Assembly: GCA_024401215.1 (NCBI GenBank)
Contig: JAKSLL010000003.1
Span: forward strand, 4,389 to 68,388
Origin: Bacteroidaceae bacterium
GTDB taxonomy: Bacteria > Bacteroidota > Bacteroidia > Bacteroidales > Bacteroidaceae
DNA length: 64,000 bases
Direction: 5' to 3'
Made by a program: the position numbers and the translations under genes. How positions within the stretch are numbered: position 1 is the stretch's first letter; each line of letters begins with the position of its first letter. Below are positions 56,566 to 64,000 of this stretch, piece after piece. Under the pieces are notes generated by a model. It did no database searches. It was not told where the DNA came from and worked only from the letters and a program-made list of their open reading frames with translations.

Positions 56566-57582
56566 ATGAATACAAGGTTTTTCATTCTTTTAATTTTTAT
56601 AATAACAGGATTTTTAACTATCTCAGCGCAGAATATCACAAATGTGGAGTTCGAGCAAAATGGCAAGAATGTAAAGATAAGCTATGAGCTTGATAAGCAG
56701 GCAGATGTTCAAGTCGCTGTAAGCACCGATGGGGGCAAGACCTACTCAGTACCTTTGACTCATGTCACTGGTGGCGTAGGCAAGGGTGTCGCTCCTGGCA
56801 AGAACACCATTATTTGGGATGTGCTATCTGAACGTGAAAAACTTGTGGGCGAGAAAATATGTTTCCGTGTGTCAGCAGAGAGCGGTAAGCAAAGCTTCAC
56901 CGTAAAAGGTGTGACGTTCGATATGATTAGAGTAGATGGTGGCAAATTCACAATGGGTGCGACATCAGAGCAAGGGAATGATGCCCAGAGTGATGAAAAG
57001 CCTGCTCACAATGTGACTCTCAACAGTTACTACATAGGCAAGACCGAAGTGACTCAGGAACTGTGGCAGGCAGTGATGGGCAGTAATCCTTCACATTTCA
57101 AAGGCAGCAAAAAGCCTGTGGAGAATGTCAGCTGGGATGACTGCCAGAAGTTCATATCAAAGCTTAACTCACTCACAGGCAAGCGCTTCCGCCTGCCTAC
57201 AGAGGCAGAGTGGGAGTTTGCTGCCCGAGGCGGCACAAAGAGCCGAGGCTATAAGTACAGCGGAAGTGATAACATTTTTTCTGTCGCGTGGTACACAGAC
57301 AATTCTGGCGGAACCACCCATGAAGTCGCTCAGAAGGTATCCAACGAGCTTGGCATCTACGACATGAGCGGCAATGTGTATGAGTGGTGTCAAGACTGGT
57401 ATGGCAGTTACAGCAGCAGTTCACAGACGAATCCTACTGGTCCAGCCAGTGGGTCTTACCGCGTGTACCGTGGTGGTAGCTGGAGCAGCAACGCGTGGAA
57501 TTGTCGCTCGGCGAATCGTTTCAAGGACTCGCCTGGCTACGGGGGCTACATCCTTGGGCTCCGCTTGTCCCTCTCCGAGTAA
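56566..57582 (+). CDS. exported Ig-like - FGE-sulfatase (SUMF1/EgtB/PvdO-type) domain protein
   Basis: Signal MNTRFFILLIFIITGFLTISAQ. FGE-like core GGKFTMGAT...DEKPAHNVTLNSYYIGKTEVTQELWQAVMG...NVSWDDCQKFISKLN...FRLPTEAEWEFAARGG...YDMSGNVYEWCQDWY...YRVYRGGSW. Confidence 0.8.
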   Translation: MNTRFFILLIFIITGFLTISAQNITNVEFEQNGKNVKISYELDKQADVQVAVSTDGGKTYSVPLTHVTGGVGKGVAPGKNTIIWDVLSEREKLVGEKICFRVSAESGKQSFTVKGVTFDMIRVDGGKFTMGATSEQGNDAQSDEKPAHNVTLNSYYIGKTEVTQELWQAVMGSNPSHFKGSKKPVENVSWDDCQKFISKLNSLTGKRFRLPTEAEWEFAARGGTKSRGYKYSGSDNIFSVAWYTDNSGGTTHEVAQKVSNELGIYDMSGNVYEWCQDWYGSYSSSSQTNPTGPASGSYRVYRGGSWSSNAWNCRSANRFKDSPGYGGYILGLRLSLSE

Positions 57583-57635
57583 CAACCCGATATTTGATCG
57601 TCCACTTCTATCATGAAGTTCTAAGAAAGACATGA

Positions 57636-57705
57636 GATATAGTTGTTAATGGTCAAAAAGAGAGGTGAGGGACGAACCTCGGGAAAGACCATTAACAACT
57701 ATATC
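57636..57705. repeat. 19-bp perfect inverted repeat with a 32-nt loop
   Basis: gatatagttgttaatggtc (57636-57654) and gaccattaacaactatatc (57687-57705). The loop contains a smaller hairpin, gaggt..acctc. No T-run follows. Confidence 0.85.
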
Positions 57706-57759
57706 GAATAAGAAAAACCGGCGAAGTAGGTTTCGATATTTTAGATGTTAGATTGTAAT

Positions 57760-57930
57760 ATGCAAATAAAGATATATAATATCCCAATTGGGGCAGACGA
57801 GAGTCAGTTGGAAGAGATGAATCATTTTCTACGTTCCAATAAGATTATAGATATAAAGAAAGATTTAGCTCTGACTGATGGTAACAGCTGTTGGACATTC
57901 TGCAGCATTGTAACAGATAATAAAAAGTAA
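57760..57930 (+). CDS. small hypothetical protein (56 aa, no signal peptide)
   Basis: MQIKIYNIPIGADESQLEEMNHFLRSNKIIDIKKDLALTDGNSCWTFCSIVTDNKK. Its coding status is uncertain. Confidence 0.35.
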   Translation: MQIKIYNIPIGADESQLEEMNHFLRSNKIIDIKKDLALTDGNSCWTFCSIVTDNKK

Positions 57931-57944
57931 ATAAATATACGGAT

Positions 57945-59603
57945 ATGAAGAAACAATTCTTTACTCTTTGTACAGCATCGCTCAGCATGATAGCGATGGC
58001 GCAGTCTTCAGGTGTTTCAAAAATAGGATCCTTGAATATACAAAAAGAAGTTAAGCCGGCCGTCATCAATCTTGTGGAGGGTTCAGTTCGCTTTGAAGAC
58101 GCTACGGCTAATAATGCCATTGATGCCAACGAGACGTGCTATATCTTCATGAAAGTGAGGAACGATGGAAAAGGCGAAGGATTAGGATGTAAGGTACGCC
58201 TCCGCATGACAGGCCGTACTACCGGTATCACATATAGCGACATTTCGCTTCCATCCATTTCTGTAGGCGCAGAAAAGGATGTTAGAATTCCTGTTACGGC
58301 AGGCATGAATACACAGGATGGACAGGTGAATGCTATCTTTTATGTTGAAGAGCCTAATGGATTCGGAACTGACGAAATACAGATGACCATCAATACGAAG
58401 GCTTTCGTTTCACCGATGCTGAAGATTGTGGACTATGCCGTAACAGGGTCAAATGGTTCTACATTAGAGAAGAAGAAGCCTTTTGACTTGCAGTTAGTTC
58501 TCCAGAACACACAGCATGGTGTGGCGGAGGATGTGATAGTAAATGTAAAATTCCCAGACAATGTCTTTGCTATTGAAGGCGATGATTCAAAGTCGTATCA
58601 TACGATGAAGGGAGGAGAAGCTCATTCGCTTGATTATCAACTTATAGTAAATAATAACTACACGGCAAGCACTATTCCTGTAGAGGTGAGCATACGTGAG
58701 AAACACGGGAAATATGCGGAAAATCGTACCATCAATCTCCAGCTTAACCAAGCACTTGCCTCAACAAAAATTGCTGTTGATGAAATTGCCGTGCAGCGTG
58801 ATGAAATACAGATAGCCCAAATAGGAAGTGATGTGGACAGGAACATTCCACAAGTGACAATAAAGAACGAACATTCCTTCGCGGTGATTATCGCCAACGA
58901 AAACTATCAGACAGTGGAGTCCGTGCCTTATGCTCGTAACGATGGAAACGTGTTTGCGCAGTATTGTCGACAAACTCTTGGATTGCCAGAGTCAAACATT
59001 CATCTTGTGACAGATGCCACACTCAACAATATGCGCTCTCAATTGGATTGGATTAAAGAAGTGTCAAAGGCATACAACGGAAATGCAAAGATAATATTGT
59101 ACTATGCAGGCCATGGCATTCCTGATGAACAGACTAAGTCTTCATACTTGTTACCTGTTGATGGCATTGGAAACAACACTTCCTCAGCCTATAAACTTGA
59201 TGAACTCTATGCTTCATTGGGTAATATACAGGCAAAGTGTGTTACAGTCTTTTTGGATGCATGTTTTAGTGGCAGTAAGCGTGAGAGCGGCATGCTTGCT
59301 TCAGCGCGTGGTGTGGCGATTAAAGCAAAGGCTGGTTCAGTAAGTGGTAATATGGTAGTTTTCTCCGCAGCCCAAGGAGATGAGACAGCCTATCCCAACA
59401 AGGGTGAAGGGCACGGCATGTTTACCTACTATCTGCTGAAGAAACTGCAGGAGACAAATGGTGACTGCACCCTCGGTGAACTGTCGGAATACATTACTAC
59501 AAATGTTTCGCAGAAATCTATTGTACTCAATAGCAAATCGCAGACTCCTACTGTGAGTGCAGCAAGTGGTCTGAGCGATTGGAGAAATATAAAACTGAAG
59601 TAA
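57945..59603 (+). CDS. exported Ig/CARDB-like - caspase-like cysteine peptidase, paralogue 4
   Basis: Signal MKKQFFTLCTASLSMIAMAQ. Two beta-rich modules of about 100 aa replace the Sel1 repeats. FAVIIANENYQT...RNDG...IILYYAGHGIPDEQ...LLPVDGIG...VFLDACFSGSKRES...FSAAQGDETA. Ends SDWRNIKLK. Confidence 0.8.
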   Translation: MKKQFFTLCTASLSMIAMAQSSGVSKIGSLNIQKEVKPAVINLVEGSVRFEDATANNAIDANETCYIFMKVRNDGKGEGLGCKVRLRMTGRTTGITYSDISLPSISVGAEKDVRIPVTAGMNTQDGQVNAIFYVEEPNGFGTDEIQMTINTKAFVSPMLKIVDYAVTGSNGSTLEKKKPFDLQLVLQNTQHGVAEDVIVNVKFPDNVFAIEGDDSKSYHTMKGGEAHSLDYQLIVNNNYTASTIPVEVSIREKHGKYAENRTINLQLNQALASTKIAVDEIAVQRDEIQIAQIGSDVDRNIPQVTIKNEHSFAVIIANENYQTVESVPYARNDGNVFAQYCRQTLGLPESNIHLVTDATLNNMRSQLDWIKEVSKAYNGNAKIILYYAGHGIPDEQTKSSYLLPVDGIGNNTSSAYKLDELYASLGNIQAKCVTVFLDACFSGSKRESGMLASARGVAIKAKAGSVSGNMVVFSAAQGDETAYPNKGEGHGMFTYYLLKKLQETNGDCTLGELSEYITTNVSQKSIVLNSKSQTPTVSAASGLSDWRNIKLK

Positions 59604-59664
59604 GCAAAAGGTTGTATTCTTCAAACTATCACTATTTATGGTTTTTCTTTAATTTGAAAATGAT

Positions 59665-61161
59665 ATGACAAGAAATTTCCTTACATTAGCATTTCTATTG
59701 CTATCAGTATCTATGTCCGCTCAGAACTCTGCAATAGCTCAATATAATCAGTTTAAGCAGCAAGCACTTCAAGATTATGCCGACTTTAGAAAGAAATGTA
59801 ATGCTGAATATGCAGAGTTTCTCAGGCAGTCGTGGGTTTCTTATGAGGCTGGACCGATAGTTTCTGTACCTAAGGAGGATGAAAAACCGCCTGTCGTAAT
59901 AAAGGATGAGGATAAGAAACGTCCAATAGAAGACACTCCTGTCATCATTGATGAAGAGATAGACATTCCAGCTCCAACACCTCAGCCAAAACCGATTTCG
60001 CCTATCAAGGAGAAAGAAGGAGAAGTAGATAGGCATTCTTTTGCATTGTATGGAACGGATATGTCGGTACGTCTTGTTCCTTCTCAAAAAATCATACTTC
60101 CGAAACTTGACGTCAATGAAATTGCAAAAACATGGGAGGTGTTATCCTCTGACAATTACAATAATGTCATCAGGGATTGTCTTGAACTTAGAATAAAGCA
60201 TCAGCTTTGTGATTGGGCATATTTGAGACTGCTCGACAAGTTGTCTTCTTCATTCCTTGGTGAAGGTACAAATGAAGCAGAGTTGTTTAAGGCATTTCTG
60301 TATTGTCAATCTGGTTATCAAATGAGGCTGGCGATTGCAAATGGTCGTTTATATATGCTTTATGCAAGTCAACATTTTATATTTGACAAACCTTGTTGGA
60401 AGATTGATAACACATTTTATTATGCAGACAACTGTGATGCAGAGCAGATTAAAATATGTGAGGCATCCTTCCCCCATGAACAAGCAATGTCATTATATAT
60501 TCCGAATGAACAAAAACTTGATCCAGTAAAAAGCGACATTAGAACCTTGCAGTCAGAGGATGTTAACTGGTTAAGAATTGATGTGTCTGAAGATGAGAAT
60601 ATAATAAAATTCTGTAATGATTACCCAACTTCTTGCATTGGAGATAATTTCATGACTCGTTGGGCAATGTATGCCAATATGCCATTGAACAACAGTACAA
60701 AAGAGCAGCTTTATCCTCAGTTTAAGGCATTCTTTGATGCGCTAAAACGGAGTTTTGAAGAAGATGGTACGGATATGCGGAATTACACTCCTGCTTGTGT
60801 TGATTTGATTTGCCATTGGATTCAGACCGCATTTGTGTATGAGTATGATGACAAAGTCTGGGGAGGTGACAGAGCCTTCTTCGCAGATGAAACATTGTAT
60901 TATCCTTATTGCGATTGCGAAGACCGCAGCATTCTGCTCACTCGAATGGTAAGAGACCTGCTTGGTCTTAAATGTGCTCTGGTCTATTACCCAGGACATC
61001 TTGCTACTGCTGTCGCATTGGGAGAAGATATAAAGGGTGATTTCATTAGAATCAATGGCACAAAATATTTGGTATGTGACCCTACATATATTGGCGCTCC
61101 TATTGGCAAGACAATGCCTGATATGGATAATCAGAGTGCAAAAGTTATAGTCCTGAATTGA
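59665..61161 (+). CDS. exported protein with a transglutaminase-like Cys-His-Asp core
   Basis: Signal MTRNFLTLAFLLLSVSMSAQ. C-terminal YYPYCDCEDRSILLTRMVRDLLGLKCALVYYPGHLATAV...TKYLVCDPTY fits the C...H...D order of the transglutaminase-like cysteine peptidase superfamily. Confidence 0.6.
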   Translation: MTRNFLTLAFLLLSVSMSAQNSAIAQYNQFKQQALQDYADFRKKCNAEYAEFLRQSWVSYEAGPIVSVPKEDEKPPVVIKDEDKKRPIEDTPVIIDEEIDIPAPTPQPKPISPIKEKEGEVDRHSFALYGTDMSVRLVPSQKIILPKLDVNEIAKTWEVLSSDNYNNVIRDCLELRIKHQLCDWAYLRLLDKLSSSFLGEGTNEAELFKAFLYCQSGYQMRLAIANGRLYMLYASQHFIFDKPCWKIDNTFYYADNCDAEQIKICEASFPHEQAMSLYIPNEQKLDPVKSDIRTLQSEDVNWLRIDVSEDENIIKFCNDYPTSCIGDNFMTRWAMYANMPLNNSTKEQLYPQFKAFFDALKRSFEEDGTDMRNYTPACVDLICHWIQTAFVYEYDDKVWGGDRAFFADETLYYPYCDCEDRSILLTRMVRDLLGLKCALVYYPGHLATAVALGEDIKGDFIRINGTKYLVCDPTYIGAPIGKTMPDMDNQSAKVIVLN

Positions 61162-61533
61162 TTATTACAAAATATTGTATAAGTAACCTTGGTGACCTTT
61201 TTACCTTGGTGGCATGGGCGCTATATACATTGTATTCTTGAATAAGTCTGTATCGTTTTCGTTAGTTTTGTGCTTTTTGTACCGGGCTATGAATAATGTA
61301 GGCTTAATATAAAAATGATATAGATAGGTTTGATGTTCGTCCTAACAAGATTGACATCAGGACAAACAAATCCGCTGACTTTCATTAGTGTTGCCGATTA
61401 TCAGGGGAGTTTTCTACCATGAAATTTCCTATCTATCTTCATTTTTATTGGCTTTTATTTTGTCAATACATTTTTTCTATATATTTTTGTATTGTAATTG
61501 AGGGCGTGTTGATAAATCACCTTTTTGAAAAAT

Positions 61534-62538
61534 ATGACTGCATTGACAACAAAATATATAGATTTGCTAACCGATTACGGTTTCAAACGTGTCTTCGGCA
61601 ACAAGGAATTGCTCATTCCGTTTCTGAATGCCTTGTTTGAGGAGGAAGGCAAGGTGATAAAGTCCGTCACCTATATCAACAAGGAGATGACACCAGTGAA
61701 TAGAGATGACAGGACTATCTTCTATGATGTTCTTTGCAAGGTTGATGGTCAAGAGGACATTATCATCGAGATGCAGCACAAGCCTCAGGACACATTCCGT
61801 GAAAGGTCTCTTTATTATATGTCCAGGGCAATTGACGAGCAAGGAGCGGGCAAGAAGAAGTGGAAGTACAAGCTTCATCCGGTCTATGGCATCTTCATTA
61901 CCAACTTCCACCTGAAGGATGTTCAACTGCCGGAAGAACCAGTTTCGCAATATGTCATCAAGAATGCCAAGACAAACGAGGTGTTCACGGATAAGTTTAA
62001 GATGTTTTTCATCGACCTCCTTACGTTCAAGAAGACGGACGAAGATGAACTGAATACTGATTTGGAAAAATGGATATACAGCATTAAGAATATGGGAAAT
62101 ATGACAACAGCACCAAGGATGGCAAGCACAGGTGTGTTCCATCATTTATACAGTGAGGCAGAACTTGCTGCGCTCTCTAAGCGCGAACGCAATATATATG
62201 AGCGTTCACTTCGCAACTATCGTGATATGCTGGCAGACAAGGAGACCACGAAAAATATGCTGGCACGTGAAAAAAAGGTTGCTCGTGAAGAGGGACTTGC
62301 AGAGGGTCGTGCAGAGGGTCGTGCGGAAGGACGTGCAGAAGGACGTGCAGAAGGACGTGCAGAAGGACGTGCGGAAGGACGTGCAGAAGGTCGTGCAGAA
62401 GGACGTGCGGAAGGTCGTGCAGAAGGTCGTGCAGAAGGAGTGATGAACGTGGCTCGCAACTTGAAATCTGCAGGTATGGACTTGTTGTTCATAAGCCAAA
62501 ATACAGGTCTGACCATTGAGGAAATTGAAAAGTTGTAG
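61534..62538 (+). CDS. Rpn-family (YhgA-like, PD-(D/E)XK) recombination-promoting nuclease/putative transposase with an expanded AEGR repeat
   Basis: YIDLLTDYGFKRVFG start and a D..E.Q core (FYDVLCKVDGQEDIIIEMQHK) typical of the family. C-terminal (AEGR)x11. Start set at the ATG at 61534; the track uses a TTG at 61525. Confidence 0.75.
   Translation: MTALTTKYIDLLTDYGFKRVFGNKELLIPFLNALFEEEGKVIKSVTYINKEMTPVNRDDRTIFYDVLCKVDGQEDIIIEMQHKPQDTFRERSLYYMSRAIDEQGAGKKKWKYKLHPVYGIFITNFHLKDVQLPEEPVSQYVIKNAKTNEVFTDKFKMFFIDLLTFKKTDEDELNTDLEKWIYSIKNMGNMTTAPRMASTGVFHHLYSEAELAALSKRERNIYERSLRNYRDMLADKETTKNMLAREKKVAREEGLAEGRAEGRAEGRAEGRAEGRAEGRAEGRAEGRAEGRAEGRAEGRAEGVMNVARNLKSAGMDLLFISQNTGLTIEEIEKL
62299..62439 (+). 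repeat. 12-bp tandem repeat, 11 full units plus a partial unit (codes AEGR)
   Basis: Units gcagagggtcgt / gcggaaggacgt / gcagaaggacgt / gcagaaggtcgt, with synonymous-site variation only. In frame within the Rpn-family gene. Confidence 0.9.
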
Positions 62539-62662
62539 TAATAATCAAATCCCCCTCCTCAATGCTTCAAATTGTCCGACTGCTTCTTTTTTGATAAAGA
62601 AAAATCCAAACGGCAATTTGTAAAATGGGCTGTGAGGTTCGTTTATGGATTAATCACAATTG

Positions 62663-62704
62663 ACGCCTCCTCTGTCCGACATGGCGCAGAGGAGGCGTTT
62701 GTTT
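62663..62704. terminator. bidirectional hairpin terminator between convergent genes
   Basis: acgcctcctctg-tccgacatggcg-cagaggaggcgt followed by ttgttt. Confidence 0.7.
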
Positions 62705-64000
62705 AATCATAGAAGTTCCAGCTGATGCCGAACCTAATCATTGATGGGTTCATAGGGTAGTATGGTGCCCAGAAATATCTTCCTGTGTCTTGGTTAGCAT
62801 GATAATACTGCACGTAGAAGCGAGTGCGTTTGAGGTCAAAGTTGGCGTAAGCAGAGATGATAGGGTAATTGCCAATCTTAACTGTTTGAGTCTTATCTTG
62901 ATTCATGAACATGCCCAGCGATGGTGAATAGTCTGGGGCATTATATCTTGTGAAATATCGCATGTCTGCTCCAACCTCTGTGTTAAGCACCTTGGCAATC
63001 CTGAATTTGAGATAGAGATTTGTGTAAAGTGAAATTTTTGGGAGAGGCAGGATGTCTTGTTCTGTACAATTTTGGAATGTTACATCATTCTCCCAGTTGA
63101 GTATTCCTAATCGGAAATTCTGCTGCAAATTCACACTTATGACTTGCAGTTGATCCTTATGCTGTTTAGGGGTAATATTGTTGATTCTTGTTGGCTTTGC
63201 CTCTTCTGTTTCTGTTGCAGACGTAGCTTGTTTTGTGTTGCCAGCATTCTCGAAATAGCAGAAATTCTTTATGTTTTCAACACCAGCTGACAGTATAGTC
63301 TTTGTGTGCGGGATTGTGATGGTGCCGTATATTCGCTGTCGGCTTTCTTTGTTTGGCTTGTCTTCGTCCCACCATGAATATTTACCATGGTAATGGCGAA
63401 AATAGTAAACAGGGTTAGTTTTTTTGATGTATGCGTTCAAAGCTATTTTGGCTGTGTCGCCAAGCAACGGTATTCTTACTTCTGCCTTTCCGTTAACATC
63501 GAACTGGCCATTGTTTTCTCCCTGGACAACGTATTCTGCATTGAGAGTGTAATGAACTGCTGTACCTTGTGTGCGGATAATCTGACCTCCAACAAATACA
63601 TTGCTTTCTGATTGTGAAGACTTGCCAATGATGGAGTCTTTAGCGCTTATCAGTTCTGGCATGCGGTATCTGTTGTAGTCGTGACCAATATAGGCGTTAA
63701 GTCCAAAGACTGCCCATTTGTTGAATCCCTCGCAGATGGAGAGCCCAACAATGTTCTTGATTGCCAAGTTCTTGGTTATGTCTTGTGTGGTGTCGCAAGG
63801 CAGATAAGAAGTCTGATAGAAATTGTCGGCATTTGCGTACGAACGGTAGTTGCGTTGCAAGTTTGACATCTTGAGTGTGTGGAATATCTTGCTTACGGGC
63901 ACAAATACCTCACGGGTCGTTGCAGAGTCAACTTCCTCCTCACGGTAAAAACCTATGTTGTAGTGATGGTTGAAGAAGAATACGTCATGCTCCTGACGAT
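62703..64000 (-). CDS. outer-membrane beta-barrel (putative porin family), C-terminal part; ORF open to the right window edge
   Basis: The reverse frame stays open upstream of the track's GTG start through 64000 (..RQEHDVFFFNHHYNIGFYREEEVDSATTREVFVPVSK..). Strand-like alternating pattern. Ends ...RFGISWNFYD with an aromatic C-terminus. Confidence 0.6.
   Translation of the reverse strand, partial: RQEHDVFFFNHHYNIGFYREEEVDSATTREVFVPVSKIFHTLKMSNLQRNYRSYANADNFYQTSYLPCDTTQDITKNLAIKNIVGLSICEGFNKWAVFGLNAYIGHDYNRYRMPELISAKDSIIGKSSQSESNVFVGGQIIRTQGTAVHYTLNAEYVVQGENNGQFDVNGKAEVRIPLLGDTAKIALNAYIKKTNPVYYFRHYHGKYSWWDEDKPNKESRQRIYGTITIPHTKTILSAGVENIKNFCYFENAGNTKQATSATETEEAKPTRINNITPKQHKDQLQVISVNLQQNFRLGILNWENDVTFQNCTEQDILPLPKISLYTNLYLKFRIAKVLNTEVGADMRYFTRYNAPDYSPSLGMFMNQDKTQTVKIGNYPIISAYANFDLKRTRFYVQYYHANQDTGRYFWAPYYPMNPSMIRFGISWNFYD

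Noticed and set aside
62299-62439. A regular 12-bp tandem array that could superficially be taken for a CRISPR-like or minisatellite locus
   Set aside because: The units are contiguous with no spacers, in frame within the Rpn-family ORF (coding AEGR), and differ only at synonymous sites. This is a coding repeat, not a CRISPR array.

Overview
The window looks like a chromosomal segment of a Bacteroidales (Prevotella-like) bacterium. Evidence: Bacteroidetes-type -7 promoter boxes (TAnnTTTG), signal peptides ending in A/G-Q, one T9SS C-terminal sorting domain, and typical family content. I count about 55 credible protein genes. By eye I found no rRNA, tRNA, CRISPR array, integrase or classical transposase. 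The backbone is housekeeping: def, ruvX, lptD-like, map, tsaD, cinA-C, rsmE, guaA, wza-like, htrA, slyD-like, aroC, ssb, kdsA, kdsD, dinB, and an ABC-amgK-murU operon. There are two accessory patches. (1) 8.7-12.3 kb holds a His..Cys (PPPDE-like) orphan, a frameshifted toxin plus XRE antitoxin pair, a secreted dockerin-like gene broken by an in-frame stop, and a 170-bp exact direct repeat. (2) 46.2-61.2 kb is a co-directional, largely AT-richer island and is the best candidate for an undescribed system. It encodes four exported caspase-like (C14-type His/Cys dyad) paralogues fused to Sel1 or Ig-like modules, caspase-less Sel1 proteins, LPP20-like and DUF4384 proteins, an FGE-sulfatase-like protein, a transglutaminase-like Cys hydrolase, a gene remnant and a HEPN-like insertion. 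It is followed by an Rpn-family nuclease gene carrying an expanded (AEGR)n repeat. Also notable: a dispersed GGAGTTAAAG-type intergenic repeat family (7 copies, one inverted pair bracketing a GH2 gene), a second short repeat family, a candidate structured ncRNA with its own promoter and terminator, and an exported Tyr/Trp/Gly-rich low-complexity protein paired with a beta-barrel. All family names come from motif recognition by eye and recall. No database search was run.
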